Counted from the first letter of the stretch, positions 20,494 through 31,993 are shown. The stretch is 64,000 nucleotides of DNA from Arcobacteraceae bacterium (GCA_048268245.1 JBLWVX010000001.1:128001-192000); one strand, 5' to 3'. Notes: a model not told the origin generated them from the letters alone. Made by a program: numbers and translations.

Positions 20494-22107
20494 TTAATCC
20501 AATCTACAATACATAACTTCATCAACAACTGATTTAGCTATTTGATCAGTTTCTACAATAATATGCTCTAAGTGTAAACCTTCAAGTAGTTTTTTATCTT
20601 GTTCACTTGTAACAGTTATAATAGTTTTCGCATTATGAGTTAACTCATCTACAGCATGACATATAAGCTGCAAGGCTTCTGGGTTATTAACAGCAACAAT
20701 AACAGCTGAAGCTTTTTTAATATTTACAGAGTTTAAGATGTGTCTATGAGCAGCATTTCCAAATACAATTGGCTCACCTCTTTGCTCACCTAACTGATAA
20801 AACTTCATATTATGCTCAATTACAACATAATCTTGTCCTAACATTTTTAATTCTTTTACAATTGATTGTCCAAATCTTCCATATCCAAGAACTACAACGT
20901 GATTTTTCTTATCTTCATCTACATGGTGAGTAGAGTTAATCATCATAACATCATCAGGTACAAGTTTAGCTGCAGCTCTTGATAAATTCTTTAGAATAAT
21001 TGGTGTTAAAACCATAGATATTACAATAGTAACAATTAACACTTGAGAATATGTAGGATCTATTAAATCTTTACTTCTTGCAAGTTCTAAGATTGCAAGT
21101 GAAAACTCACCAATTTGAATTAAAGATAATGCTGTTTTAAATGCAACTCTTTTATTATCTTCAAACTTTACAATTGTATAAATAATTGCATACTTTACTC
21201 CCATTAAAAGAGGAAGTAAAAGAAGAATTATCCAAATATACTCAGCAATAACTGTAAAGTTAATTTGCATACCAACTGTAATAAAGAATACACCTAATAA
21301 AATATTTCTAAATGGTATTAAATCAGCTTCAACTTGATGTTTAAATTTTGTCTCACTAATCATCATACCTGCAACAAATGCCCCAAGAGAATATGTAAAC
21401 CCAAAATAGTGAGCCATATAAGATGAACCAATTGCAAGTAAAAGTACTGAACCTACAAAAAGTTCATCAGTTTTAGTTTTAGAAACAATTGTTAAGAATG
21501 GTTCAAGTAAATACTTTCCTGAAACATAAAGTAATGTTAATAAAATAAACGCAGCAACTAATGTCTCAAATATCATATAACCTACACTTTTATCATCTCC
21601 CATAGTAAAGAAAGAAATCATTAAAAGAATAGGAATTACAGCGATATCTTGCATAATTAAAATACCTAAAACTCTTCTACCATGAGGTCTATTTATTTCT
21701 TTTGTTTCATTAAAAGTTTTAAGTACAATGGCTGTTGAGGACAAGGCAAGTGCAGCACCTATAATAACAGATGTTTCAGTTGGAAGTCCAATTGCAAAAT
21801 AACATACTAAAAATACAAAGGTAGCAGTAACTAAAATTTGTAAACTACCTGTTACAAATACTTCCCTTTTCATCTTTTTTAGATGCTCTATGGAAAACTC
21901 TAATCCAATAGTAAACATTAAAAAAACAACACCAAATTCAGCTATTTCTTTTAATGTATAGTTATTTACAGCATCATGTAATTCAAAAGCATATGCTATA
22001 ATTGTTCCTGTAAAAATATACCCAATAATAGTAGGTAAGTGAAACTTTTTTAGGATTAAATTTACAATTAATGCAATTGCAATTGTTGAGACAATAATCC
22101 CTAACAT
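20494..22107 (-). CDS. CPA2 cation:proton antiporter (KefB/KefC-like) with TrkA-N domain
   Basis: AEFGVVFLMFTIGLEFS, ALSSTAIV, QDIAVIP, LGAFVAG, QIGEF; C-terminal VVLGYGRFG. Confidence 0.92.
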   Translation of the reverse strand: MLGIIVSTIAIALIVNLILKKFHLPTIIGYIFTGTIIAYAFELHDAVNNYTLKEIAEFGVVFLMFTIGLEFSIEHLKKMKREVFVTGSLQILVTATFVFLVCYFAIGLPTETSVIIGAALALSSTAIVLKTFNETKEINRPHGRRVLGILIMQDIAVIPILLMISFFTMGDDKSVGYMIFETLVAAFILLTLLYVSGKYLLEPFLTIVSKTKTDELFVGSVLLLAIGSSYMAHYFGFTYSLGAFVAGMMISETKFKHQVEADLIPFRNILLGVFFITVGMQINFTVIAEYIWIILLLLPLLMGVKYAIIYTIVKFEDNKRVAFKTALSLIQIGEFSLAILELARSKDLIDPTYSQVLIVTIVISMVLTPIILKNLSRAAAKLVPDDVMMINSTHHVDEDKKNHVVVLGYGRFGQSIVKELKMLGQDYVVIEHNMKFYQLGEQRGEPIVFGNAAHRHILNSVNIKKASAVIVAVNNPEALQLICHAVDELTHNAKTIITVTSEQDKKLLEGLHLEHIIVETDQIAKSVVDEVMYCRLD

Positions 22108-22119
22108 CAATATTCTCCT

Positions 22120-24234
22120 TTATTTATAGTGCATCTGCTTATAGCCTTCAAGCCTTTTTTTGTAAGCAGAGTTTAGCATGGGGTTTTTTGAATCTAAAAA
22201 ATCAATAGCTAAACACTCTTGATTTCCTCGACCAATTCTTCCTAAATATTGGACAAGTCTACCATAATATGAAATTGGTGTAGCAAACATTATCGTATTT
22301 AGGTGAGGAAAATCTATTCCCTCTCCAAAATAAGAAGTTGTTGCTAAAATTAAAGATGATTCTCTAACCTTATTCATATTTTCAACTTGCTCTTTTTTAT
22401 TCATACTTCCATGAATACTCACATACTCTATTTTTTCTTCAAATAAAAGATTTTCCAAAATATTTATATGCTCAATTCTATCTGTTAGAATTAAAATCTT
22501 TCTAGATATATTATCTTTTATTTGCTGAATTATTAAGTTATTTCTAGCTTCATCAATACAAAGTTCATTAATTATAGTTGCATAATTATCAGCTTCACTT
22601 GTAAATTCAGTTCTTATTATCTTTAGCTTATTAGTATGAGTTCTTTTCTTTTTATACTCATATGCAACTTCACCTAATTGTTGAAATAAAATAGGTTGTA
22701 ATCCATCTTTTCTATTTGGAGTTGCACTTAAACCTAGAATATATTTTCCCTTGAAATTTTTAATAATTTGCTCAAAAGTAACTGCTGGAATATGATGGCA
22801 TTCATCAACTATCACAAAAGAGTATTTGTTGATAATCTCAGGAGCATTTTTTAAACTTTGCATTGTTGCAATATCAATTATTCCATTTAATTTATTTTTT
22901 CCTTTACCTAAGTAACCTACATCTTTTTTATTGTAATCAAAGTAATCAACAAATCTTTCAATCCACTGGTTTAAAAGCATATTTTTATTTACAACTATCA
23001 TTGTACTAACAGCTCTTTGTTCAAACATCTTAGCACCAATCAATGTTTTCCCAAAACCAGGAGGAGCTACACAAATAGAAAAATCTGTTTTTAAAATCTG
23101 TTTTATTGCTTCATCTTGTTCAGGTCTTAAAGTAAATTTCACTTTTTTTGTATGTATTTGCTCAAAGTGTCTTTTATCATCAATGGTAAACTTAACACCA
23201 TTTTCATTAAAAAAATCACATACTTTTGTTTTAAGCCCTCTTGGAAGCATAAGATGATTCTCATCTTCTTCAAAACCTTGAATAACCCTTGGAGTATTAT
23301 ATAAGGGCTTTCTAAGACTTAATAAGACTTTGATTTGAGGGTTCTCAAAAGAAGCAAAGGATTTAAGCTTATTTATTAATGACTTTGATAAATTTGCAGT
23401 TGGAATATAAATAAAATCAAATAAAACCATCTCTATCATATCAAGTGGAAAATCAATATTTCCAAAATCTTTTTCATCATTTGCAGAACTGCTTACTTGA
23501 GAAAACTTATAAATAGTCTCTTTATTTATTTTTGAGACATTATTTAAAACCATCCATTGGTCTTCATAAATCTTATTTGTATTAGTATCAATAAAAACAG
23601 TTTTATTCTTTTTTCTATAATTTAAATGTAGTGGTAACTCTATACTATTTCCAAGACTAGCTTTTGTAGCAAACTCTTTATTTGGATAAAGTTTTGCAGA
23701 AATATTTGCTTTTTTCATTACAAACTTACCAAAATTGTGTACTATTTTAGAACTAACTGGCTCCTCAAAAAAAATCCATGCAATTAAACTATTATAAGAG
23801 TTCAACTCATAATATGCTCTAATATTTAAAGAGTTTAAAGCAATTTGCAATTTAAATTTATCTTCATCAAGTATTTCAAAAGCTATAAATTTTGAATTAT
23901 TATTTGAGTCAATACAATAAGTTGCTAAGTGAACTAAACCTCTTAAATGTGACTCTATGTCATGATTTGTAATAGGAAGGAAATCTTCCCCTTTGAAAGT
24001 TTGAGTTACAGGATAAAAGCCTTGTTTATTTCCATCTTTACTAATCCATTTTTTTGCATAAATATCACTTCTTGCAAGAAATAGAGATTTAAAAATCTCT
24101 ATCTTTTCATCTTTTGTAAAGTTTTTCTTTAACTTAGCTTCTTCTTGTATTTGAAACTCTAAGGCTTTAATCTCCTCTTCTATTTGTTTCTTTTGAGAAT
24201 AAAGTGCTTCTAGTTTTATCTTAAGATTTTTCAT
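22120..24234 (-). CDS. SF2 (ResIII/DEAD-like) helicase with N-terminal degenerate TOTE-type primase domain
   Basis: APPGFGKT, DECHH, GLSATP.RKDG, GEGIDFP, QYLGRIGR; N-terminal F.SLF..R.D.YA, AWIFF, GNSIELPL, ASFENP.. Confidence 0.82.
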   Translation of the reverse strand: MKNLKIKLEALYSQKKQIEEEIKALEFQIQEEAKLKKNFTKDEKIEIFKSLFLARSDIYAKKWISKDGNKQGFYPVTQTFKGEDFLPITNHDIESHLRGLVHLATYCIDSNNNSKFIAFEILDEDKFKLQIALNSLNIRAYYELNSYNSLIAWIFFEEPVSSKIVHNFGKFVMKKANISAKLYPNKEFATKASLGNSIELPLHLNYRKKNKTVFIDTNTNKIYEDQWMVLNNVSKINKETIYKFSQVSSSANDEKDFGNIDFPLDMIEMVLFDFIYIPTANLSKSLINKLKSFASFENPQIKVLLSLRKPLYNTPRVIQGFEEDENHLMLPRGLKTKVCDFFNENGVKFTIDDKRHFEQIHTKKVKFTLRPEQDEAIKQILKTDFSICVAPPGFGKTLIGAKMFEQRAVSTMIVVNKNMLLNQWIERFVDYFDYNKKDVGYLGKGKNKLNGIIDIATMQSLKNAPEIINKYSFVIVDECHHIPAVTFEQIIKNFKGKYILGLSATPNRKDGLQPILFQQLGEVAYEYKKKRTHTNKLKIIRTEFTSEADNYATIINELCIDEARNNLIIQQIKDNISRKILILTDRIEHINILENLLFEEKIEYVSIHGSMNKKEQVENMNKVRESSLILATTSYFGEGIDFPHLNTIMFATPISYYGRLVQYLGRIGRGNQECLAIDFLDSKNPMLNSAYKKRLEGYKQMHYK

Positions 24235-24658
24235 GAGCAATTGCGGATGGACCAACTACAATATTATTGATTTTTTGTTCAATCTCATTATATCTACTTT
24301 TTAGCTCAGAATTTTTTCGAATTCCTCTTCCTTCAAATTTTCCCTTAGGGTCAATTATAAGTTCGTTATATCGCATTTCACCTATAACTCTACCCTCTTC
24401 TAAAATCTGAACTTCATTACAATCAATTTTACCATCAAAAAGGCCATTTACTACTAGATTATTAGCTTTTATATCGCCAATAACCTCACCTTCTGTTCCA
24501 ATTGATATAACATCAGCTTCTAAAATAACACCTTCAAACTTTCCATCAATATGTACAGTACCTTTTGTACTAATACCACCTATTATACAAGTGCCTGCAG
24601 CAACTACTGTTGCTCCATTTGATGTTGATCTCTTATTAGACTTATTAAAGACTCCCAT
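24221..24658 (-). CDS. ccmA: Bactofilin (CcmA-like polymer-forming cytoskeletal protein)
   Basis: Beta-helix repeats IDGKFEG..., GEVIGDI, VNGLFDGKI; downstream of an M23 peptidase as in Helicobacter/Campylobacter. Confidence 0.88.
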   Translation of the reverse strand: MGVFNKSNKRSTSNGATVVAAGTCIIGGISTKGTVHIDGKFEGVILEADVISIGTEGEVIGDIKANNLVVNGLFDGKIDCNEVQILEEGRVIGEMRYNELIIDPKGKFEGRGIRKNSELKSRYNEIEQKINNIVVGPSAIAHEKS

Positions 24659-25506
24659 TGCACTCTCCTCTCATTTTTAAAGATGTAATCATAATTGTTT
24701 AAGTTCCATTTGATAAACTTTTTCGGATTTAAAACTTTGTTCGCATATCTTACTTCATAGTGTAAGTGAGGTCCCGAACTTCGACCTGAGTTTCCACTAA
24801 GACCAACAATTTCACCTTTTTTTACAACTTGACCTACTTTAACCATAGTTTTATTTAAATGAGCAAATACCGTTTTAAAGCCAAAGTTATGACTTATTCT
24901 AATAACTCTACCATAAGAGCCTATATTTCTTGATTGTACATATTCTATAACACCATCAGCAGTAGCTCTAACTGGTGTTTTTTTATTTGCTGGTATATCT
25001 AAACCTCTATGAAATTGCCTTTTTTTAGTTATTGGATGAATTCGATAACCAAAACCCGAAGAAGTTGTAATTTTATCTAAAGGTTTTCCATTTGGAATAA
25101 CTCTTAAAGTATATCTTTTTTTATTGATATTCATAGCTTCAAGAGTTTTTTTAGTAATCTCTTCTGTTGTAGCATCTTTATCAACACCAATGATAGTATG
25201 AATTTCATCAAGTTTTGAACTTAACTCATCAATATCTTTTATTTTACTTTTTATTTGCATTGAATAAAATTTATTTTGAGCTACTAGTTTTTCCTCTTTT
25301 TGAATTAAAACTTTTAATTCATTTTCTTTATCTTTTCTAACTTCATCTACTTCATTGCTCAAATAAGATATAAAAGCAAAACTTCCTGCAATTATAACTA
25401 ACACACCTATAATAACAAATAAAAGTATTTTCTTTATAAACTGATGTAAATTATAGGACTTTGTACCTTTTATATCTGAAACAGTAATTATTAATCTATT
25501 TTTCAT
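24604..25506 (-). CDS. M23 family peptidoglycan endopeptidase (Csd1-like)
   Basis: HRGLD (HxxxD), SGNSGRSSGPHLHYEVR (HxH); N-terminal TM and coiled coil. Confidence 0.92.
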   Translation of the reverse strand: MKNRLIITVSDIKGTKSYNLHQFIKKILLFVIIGVLVIIAGSFAFISYLSNEVDEVRKDKENELKVLIQKEEKLVAQNKFYSMQIKSKIKDIDELSSKLDEIHTIIGVDKDATTEEITKKTLEAMNINKKRYTLRVIPNGKPLDKITTSSGFGYRIHPITKKRQFHRGLDIPANKKTPVRATADGVIEYVQSRNIGSYGRVIRISHNFGFKTVFAHLNKTMVKVGQVVKKGEIVGLSGNSGRSSGPHLHYEVRYANKVLNPKKFIKWNLNNYDYIFKNERRVQWESLISLIRDQHQMEQQ

Positions 25507-26665
25507 TAAAACCAATCATTGATAAAAATTTCTCTACAACTAAGAAAGAACCAAATACTAAATACTCTTCATTATCGTTTATTTCTATATTCGGAATAAT
25601 TATTATATTTAAATCTTTTATAATTTTCAATAAGTTATTTTTTTCGACCATTCTATTATCATCAATATCTATTATAATTATTTTTTTAATTATAGGTTTT
25701 AAAATTTTTAAAACTTCTTCATAATCTTTATCAGCATAAGAATTATAGATTAAAGTGATTTTTTTATTTTTAAACTCTTCTTTTATAACCCTAGCTGCAA
25801 GGGGATTATGACCAACATCAACTGTAATATTTGAAGCTACTTTTTGACATCTCCCAAAAAGTTTCACATCATCAAATAAAGATAAATCAATATCTATTTG
25901 TAACTCTTCTAAACACTTTATAACTAAATGTAAATTTCTTTTTAAATATGATGCGAAGCTCTCTTTTAAATTATATTTGTTGAATTCTTCAACAAACTCT
26001 ATAGTTATATCTTTATTTCTTTCATCTTTTATTTGCTTTTTAACTTCAAAAGCGCTTTGTTTTACACTATCATGAATTTGATAACCAACTAGCATTTTAG
26101 TATCAACTGAACGCATTTTTGTAATAGCTATTTTCTCAACAGTATTACCTAAAAAACTTTGATGGTCTAAATCAATAGTAGTAATCAAAGATAAATCATT
26201 TGGCACTACATTTGTAGCATCAAACTCTCCTCCAAGTCCAGCTTCTAATACTAAATAATCCATATCTTTTGATAGATAAATAGCAAGTAATGTTGTATAT
26301 TCAAAATAAGTAAGTTTTGAAAGCAGTTCTAAATCATATATTTCTTGTAAAAACCTATGAGCTTTAGTTAGTTCTTTATCACTTACATCACTTCCATTTA
26401 TCCAAATTCGCTCATTAAACTTTATGATATGAGGTGAGCTGTAATGTAGTGTTTTATAATTCTTTTTGTATAGATAGTGAGATAAAAACCTTCCTGTACT
26501 TCCTTTTCCATTTGTTCCTACAATATGTATTACAAAAGGAAGTTTTATTTTTTGGCTTAAAATATCCCAAGAAGTTTTTACTGTACTAAAATCAATTTTG
26601 TCATAATAAAGAGTTTTGTATTTCAAAAACTCTTCAAGGTTAGCTTTTTTTAAATCTGTAGTCAT
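25496..26665 (-). CDS. folC: Folylpolyglutamate synthase/dihydrofolate synthase
   Basis: HIVGTNGKGS, SPHI..FNERI, TYFE, LEAGLGGEFDATN, DVGHNP. Confidence 0.95.
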   Translation of the reverse strand: MTTDLKKANLEEFLKYKTLYYDKIDFSTVKTSWDILSQKIKLPFVIHIVGTNGKGSTGRFLSHYLYKKNYKTLHYSSPHIIKFNERIWINGSDVSDKELTKAHRFLQEIYDLELLSKLTYFEYTTLLAIYLSKDMDYLVLEAGLGGEFDATNVVPNDLSLITTIDLDHQSFLGNTVEKIAITKMRSVDTKMLVGYQIHDSVKQSAFEVKKQIKDERNKDITIEFVEEFNKYNLKESFASYLKRNLHLVIKCLEELQIDIDLSLFDDVKLFGRCQKVASNITVDVGHNPLAARVIKEEFKNKKITLIYNSYADKDYEEVLKILKPIIKKIIIIDIDDNRMVEKNNLLKIIKDLNIIIIPNIEINDNEEYLVFGSFLVVEKFLSMIGFNEK

Positions 26666-26670
26666 AAAAA

Positions 26671-27207
26671 CTACTTATCAAAAGAGTGTACTGCTAACTT
26701 TGATAAAAACTCATCTAAAGCATCATTTGCAGCACTTTTAATAGCTTCAAATCTTTTTGTATCTGTAATAGTTGTACCATCATCAATAGAGAAGTTATGT
26801 TCCCCTTCTAAAGAAATGTTTTTTACTTGTTCATTTACTTTATTGTATTGAATATTAAGTGTAACAAGGGCTCTATAAAGCTTGTTGTACCCTTCTTTAT
26901 CATACTGTAACTCTTGCATATTAACTGAACCAATTTTTATTTTCATAATAGTATCAGCTAAAGCTTCATCATAAACTAAATTTGTATTTAACTTTTGAAG
27001 TAATACTTGATTTAGAGAATCTTTGATAATTACAGCATTTCTAGGGTCTTTTAAATCTACAAATAACTTTACAAAAACCTTTTGACCTAACTCTTTTTTA
27101 GCATAATATGTTGAGGGTTTGTATCCACATCCATTTAAAATAAAAGATGTTGATAATAAAGTGAAAAGTACGAATAGTACTTTCCTTACATTATTCATAC
27201 TTTTCAT
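26671..27207 (-). CDS. lptE: LptE-like LPS-assembly lipoprotein
   Basis: Lipobox LNG-C-GYKP; conserved position directly downstream of leuS. Confidence 0.78.
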   Translation of the reverse strand: MKSMNNVRKVLFVLFTLLSTSFILNGCGYKPSTYYAKKELGQKVFVKLFVDLKDPRNAVIIKDSLNQVLLQKLNTNLVYDEALADTIMKIKIGSVNMQELQYDKEGYNKLYRALVTLNIQYNKVNEQVKNISLEGEHNFSIDDGTTITDTKRFEAIKSAANDALDEFLSKLAVHSFDK

Positions 27208-27213
27208 TATTCT

Positions 27214-29679
27214 TTATCCCTTTATAACTAAGTTTACTAATTTATTTGGTACTACAATCTCTTTGATTATATCTTTACCTTCAAGCCATTTAGAAGCAAC
27301 TTCTTTTGCTTGAGCTAAGATATCCTCTTTTGAAGTATCAGGTGTTACTTCAATTTCTGCTCTTTTCTTACCATTGATTGTAACAGCAAGTGCAATAGAA
27401 TCTAAAGCAAATACTTCTTCTTTTACTTCTAAAGAGTTATTGAAGTTTTCTCTTTTAAATAAGCCGTTTGCTAAATCCCAACAAGCATGAGGGATAACAG
27501 GCTCTAAAATATTTGTAAGAATATAATATCCTTCTGCCCATACAGCTTCATTTTTTTGTGCTTGAAGTGCATTCATAGCTTCCATTGAAGCTGCAATTAA
27601 AGTATTGAAAGCATAAGTTTTTTCAAATACATCATTTGATTTTTGAAGTGCCTCATATACTTTTCTTCTAGCTTCTTTTTCTTCTTTTGATAAAGATGAG
27701 TGGTCAATATTTTTAAACTCTTCAATACCTTTAGCAGTTACATTAGAAGCTCTTTCATAGAACTTTTTGATAAATTTGAAAGAACCTTCAACAGCAGAAT
27801 CATTCCACTCAAGCTCTTTTGTAGGAGGTGCAGCAAATAAAATAAACATTCTAGCTGTATCAGCTCCATATTTTTCTACAATTAAATCAGGATCTACTAC
27901 ATTACCTTTAGATTTTGACATTTTAGCACCATCTTTAAGTACCATACCTTGAGTAAGTAATCTTTTAAATGGTTCTCTTGAGTTTGTAAATCCTAAATCA
28001 TTTAATACTTTTGTAAAGAATCTTGCATATAAAAGGTGTAAAATTGCATGTTCAATTCCACCAATATACTGATCAACATCCATCCAATAATCAGAATCAG
28101 CTTTAGAAATACCTTCTTCATTCCATGATTTTGGATTTGTTGCATATCTTAAGAAATACCAAGAAGATTGTACAAATGTATCTAAAGTATCAGTTTCTCT
28201 TACTGCTGGTTTTCCACAACAAGGACAAGTTGTATGTTTCCACGTTGGATGTGTATCAAGTGGGTTTCCTTCACCTGTAATTTCAACATCTTCAGGTAAA
28301 GCAATTGGTAAGTTTTCTGATTTTTCAGGAACTAATCCACAGTCATCACAGTGAACAAAAGGAATTGGTGCTCCCCAATATCTCTGTCTTGAAACTCCCC
28401 AATCTCTAAGTTTATAATTTACTTTTTTACTACCAATTGAGTTTTGTTCAAAGTGGTAAATAATAGCTTTTTTAGCTTTTGTATTTTTAAGACCTGTAAA
28501 GCTTTCAGAATTTATAAGTTCACCCTCACCTGTAAAGGCTTCTGATGGTTTTTCAATAAGACCTTCACTTCCTATAATAACTTGTTTGATAGGTAAGTCA
28601 TACTGACTTGCAAACTCAAAGTCTCTTTGGTCATGAGCTGGTACTGCCATAACTGCACCACCACCATAAGAAGCTAATACAAAGTTAGCAACCCATACAG
28701 GAATATTTTCACCTGTTAATGGATGAATTACATCTATCTCTAAAGAAACACCTTCTTTATCTTGAGTAGCTCTATCTCTTTCACTTACTTTTTGCATTGC
28801 TTTAATAGCATTGATTTTATTATCAGGAAGTAATTTATTGTCAACTATATATTTTACAATTGGGTGTTCAGGTGCTAAAGCTGAGTATGAAACTCCGTAA
28901 ATAGTATCTGGTCTAGTTGTAAATACAGAGTATTTTTTAAATTGTCTATCAAGTTTATATCTAGAATCTTTTGATAGTTCAAATTCAAACTCTAAACCTT
29001 CACTTCTACCAATCCAGTTTTCTTGCATAGTTAAAACTTGAGAAGGCCAAGTATCTTCTAAAGAAGATAAATCATCAAGTAACTCTTGAGCATATTTAGT
29101 AATACCTACATAATATCCAGGCATCTCTTTTTGAACAACTTCAGTTCCACATCTCCAACAACAACCCTCTTCTAGTTGTTCATTTGCCAGAACTGTTAAG
29201 TCATGAGGACACCAGTTTACTGTAGTAGACTTTCTATATAAAAGTCCTTCTTCAAACATCTTGATAATAAACTCTTGTTCCCATCTTGTGTATAATTCAT
29301 CAGATGTAGCAAACTCTCTTGTTTCACTAAAAGATAATCCAAGTGCTCTAAGTTCATCTCTCATGTAATCAATATTTTCATAAGTCCATTTCTTTGGGTG
29401 AAGCTTATGTTTAATAGCTGCATTTTCTGCTGGCATACCAAAACTATCCCATCCAATTGGATGTAAAACATTATAGTTTTCTTTTCTGTAAAATCTAGCA
29501 AATGCATCACCTAGACAGTAATTTCTTACGTGTCCCATGTGGATTCTACCACTTGGGTATGGAAACATACTTAAGATATATTTTTTGTCTTTTGTTTGCT
29601 CATCACTTGGTTCAAATGATTTATTTTCTGACCAAAAATTTTGCCACTTTTGCTCTACTTGTTTTGAATTATACTCCAT
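27214..29679 (-). CDS. leuS: Leucine--tRNA ligase
   Basis: [29 protein letters not shown]. Confidence 0.98.
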   Translation of the reverse strand: MEYNSKQVEQKWQNFWSENKSFEPSDEQTKDKKYILSMFPYPSGRIHMGHVRNYCLGDAFARFYRKENYNVLHPIGWDSFGMPAENAAIKHKLHPKKWTYENIDYMRDELRALGLSFSETREFATSDELYTRWEQEFIIKMFEEGLLYRKSTTVNWCPHDLTVLANEQLEEGCCWRCGTEVVQKEMPGYYVGITKYAQELLDDLSSLEDTWPSQVLTMQENWIGRSEGLEFEFELSKDSRYKLDRQFKKYSVFTTRPDTIYGVSYSALAPEHPIVKYIVDNKLLPDNKINAIKAMQKVSERDRATQDKEGVSLEIDVIHPLTGENIPVWVANFVLASYGGGAVMAVPAHDQRDFEFASQYDLPIKQVIIGSEGLIEKPSEAFTGEGELINSESFTGLKNTKAKKAIIYHFEQNSIGSKKVNYKLRDWGVSRQRYWGAPIPFVHCDDCGLVPEKSENLPIALPEDVEITGEGNPLDTHPTWKHTTCPCCGKPAVRETDTLDTFVQSSWYFLRYATNPKSWNEEGISKADSDYWMDVDQYIGGIEHAILHLLYARFFTKVLNDLGFTNSREPFKRLLTQGMVLKDGAKMSKSKGNVVDPDLIVEKYGADTARMFILFAAPPTKELEWNDSAVEGSFKFIKKFYERASNVTAKGIEEFKNIDHSSLSKEEKEARRKVYEALQKSNDVFEKTYAFNTLIAASMEAMNALQAQKNEAVWAEGYYILTNILEPVIPHACWDLANGLFKRENFNNSLEVKEEVFALDSIALAVTINGKKRAEIEVTPDTSKEDILAQAKEVASKWLEGKDIIKEIVVPNKLVNLVIKG

Positions 29680-30023
29680 TAAAAGTCGTCCTTCTCTTGA
29701 ATTTTTGCACTCTCAATTAAAGCTAAAGCTATTGAGAAAACATTTGCTACTACTGCACCAATTGCAAGTGAAATAGCAAGTGGTAAGTCGTGCATGAAAG
29801 TTAATACCATAAATGCTGGAATTAGGTGTAAGTCAGCAACTAATGAACTTGCCAACAACTCTGCTGCAAGTAGATTTCTAACCCCAATTTTTAGAATCGT
29901 TGATATTACATTTACTCCTGCTGCTATGAATAATGCAATTGCATTTGGCTCATATAAGAAGCCAGCAGTTGTAGTAAGTGACATTAGTGAAAAGAAAATA
30001 TAAGTTACTTTACCCCAATCCAT
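29679..30023 (-). CDS. DUF6394 family membrane protein
   Basis: [24 protein letters not shown]; conserved upstream of leuS in Campylobacterota. Confidence 0.78.
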   Translation of the reverse strand: MDWGKVTYIFFSLMSLTTTAGFLYEPNAIALFIAAGVNVISTILKIGVRNLLAAELLASSLVADLHLIPAFMVLTFMHDLPLAISLAIGAVVANVFSIALALIESAKIQEKDDF

Positions 30024-30114
30024 TTTTATCCTTTTATAGTTTCTACTATTTTAATTTTAAGCAAATATAGTATCTAAAAAAAGGTAAAAAATGGCTTTGG
30101 TAAAGCTTTTTAAG

Positions 30115-30591
30115 TTATTTTAAAAACTTGTGTTTTAAGCCTTTAAACATCTGTACTAAAAGATAAAGCATAATTATTTTTATAAATATCTGAACTACTG
30201 TATATGCTGTAAACCCATTTATTTCATACTCAAAAGGATTTATAATATTGCGAAATAAAAGATTAAAAGTCATATCATTTGTTATAATAAAATAAGTAAT
30301 AAGTGCAACATACATAGCTAAAAAGTAAAACTGATTTTTTTGCATTTCAATAATACTATAAACAAAATGCCATACAAAAAAAGACACAAAAACAGCTATT
30401 AAAAGCTCTTTGAAAACACCATCTTGAATATGAATAACATAAGTTCTTGAATAATCCAAAAATTTATACTCAATTATAGAAGATATAATCTCAAATATAA
30501 AAATCCAAGTAAGAGCTAAAAACCAATCTGTACCATGTTTTGAAGTAAATTCATTAAATTGATACAAAAATCCTTGTTTGCTTTTTTCCAT
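30115..30591 (-). CDS. Hypothetical membrane protein (about 4 TM)
   Basis: 158-aa hydrophobic ORF with GGAG RBS. Confidence 0.7.
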   Translation of the reverse strand: MEKSKQGFLYQFNEFTSKHGTDWFLALTWIFIFEIISSIIEYKFLDYSRTYVIHIQDGVFKELLIAVFVSFFVWHFVYSIIEMQKNQFYFLAMYVALITYFIITNDMTFNLLFRNIINPFEYEINGFTAYTVVQIFIKIIMLYLLVQMFKGLKHKFLK

Positions 30592-30692
30592 AATTAACTC
30601 CGGTTAATAATATATAAATATTTCAATAGTATTTTATATAAAATAAGTTTAAAGCCCAATATCATGGGCTTCGTGACTTTTGATATTATTGA

Positions 30693-31934
30693 CTATTTTC
30701 TTCTTGTGTTTTGTCTTATAGAGATAATAAACTGGTAGATTAAAAAAGCAATAATAATTTTAAAAAGCAATTCAGTAAATGTAAGTTTATCTGCACTAGT
30801 CATAATAGAAAATGGATTAATATTTGTTGCAAAATCATCTAAAGGTGATTTGTCTAAGGATTTCATAAAAATAAAATAGAATCCATAAAAAAGTAAGAAC
30901 ATATATTTTTCAATTTTTGCATAAAGAAAAGGAATTAAACAAAAGACTACGTTTATATCAAAAGATAAATTAACTTTAAAAACAGTAAGTAGCATTCCAA
31001 AAAGTATAATCCAACCTAAAGATAAAGTCCAATCTTGAGAATGATTTGAAGCTAAGCCATGGGTTTTAAAAACAAGCCATTCAAAAAAGTTTTTTGAAGG
31101 TTTTAATTCTTCTTCTCTTTTTTGCATTTCAATTGCATAAAATTTATTTGCTTCAATGATATTGTTTTGCTGTTCAAAAGAGTCTTTTATAATTCTTGCA
31201 GTTTCACGATTTTTAATATTTACATTAATTTTTAAAAAGTTTGATTGTCCTTCAAAAACTGTATTAGATAAATCTAATTCATCTTTAGAATGGAATAATA
31301 AAAAGTTCACATTTCCTATAAAATTTGTTTCACGAAAATCAACTGTTGAACAAAATCTTGATTGAAAAAAAGAACAATTTTTAGAAAATTTTGTAAACTG
31401 AAAGTCTGAATAGTTTTTAATCGTAAGAGAACTTAATACTACATCCTCTTTAAAAACAACGCTATTACAATTTATTTCACTAATCTCATCGCTTCCAATA
31501 AATGATAATTTTTTTGAGAAAATTCCACTTAAATCTATTGATTTATTATCAAATTGACAGGAATTAACAAATTTAAATTCACTATCTATATCTTCAGAGA
31601 AACTAACTCCTTCATAAAAAAAACAATTATCTAGAAAGAAGCAATTTTCTGTATGATAATTACAAAAACTAAAGGTATCATAAAAATAACATTGTTTAAA
31701 AAAAAACTTTCTATTTTCAAATTCTTCTAATAAATTAAAAGTTTCATAAAAATGAAACTCTTTTATCTCACCATCTTCTGAATTATGACAATAATTTAAA
31801 AACTCTTCATTAAACTTTTGCTTTTTAGTTTCTTTTTCTTCATCATTAAGTTTTTTCCAATCACTTTTCTCACAATGTAATATACATTTTCCATTTTCAT
31901 ATTCATCTAATTTACAATCTTTTACATTACACAT
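30693..31934 (-). CDS. Pentapeptide-repeat-like protein with C-terminal membrane domain
   Basis: N-terminal C..C...CILH; periodic F-x-x-(C/T)-x-F repeats; ETARIIK..., SNHSQDW, several C-terminal TM segments. Confidence 0.75.
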   Translation of the reverse strand: MCNVKDCKLDEYENGKCILHCEKSDWKKLNDEEKETKKQKFNEEFLNYCHNSEDGEIKEFHFYETFNLLEEFENRKFFFKQCYFYDTFSFCNYHTENCFFLDNCFFYEGVSFSEDIDSEFKFVNSCQFDNKSIDLSGIFSKKLSFIGSDEISEINCNSVVFKEDVVLSSLTIKNYSDFQFTKFSKNCSFFQSRFCSTVDFRETNFIGNVNFLLFHSKDELDLSNTVFEGQSNFLKINVNIKNRETARIIKDSFEQQNNIIEANKFYAIEMQKREEELKPSKNFFEWLVFKTHGLASNHSQDWTLSLGWIILFGMLLTVFKVNLSFDINVVFCLIPFLYAKIEKYMFLLFYGFYFIFMKSLDKSPLDDFATNINPFSIMTSADKLTFTELLFKIIIAFLIYQFIISIRQNTRRK

Positions 31935-31993
31935 TTTTTTACTTTCATATTTAAATAATTAGTTATATTTTATCTTTTTACTCTTATTAGTAG

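Noticed and set aside
31934..31948. Out-of-frame upstream ATG and A7 tract before the pentapeptide gene as a phase-variation switch
   Set aside because: A7 runs are ubiquitous at this AT content and the ORF is intact from ATG 31934
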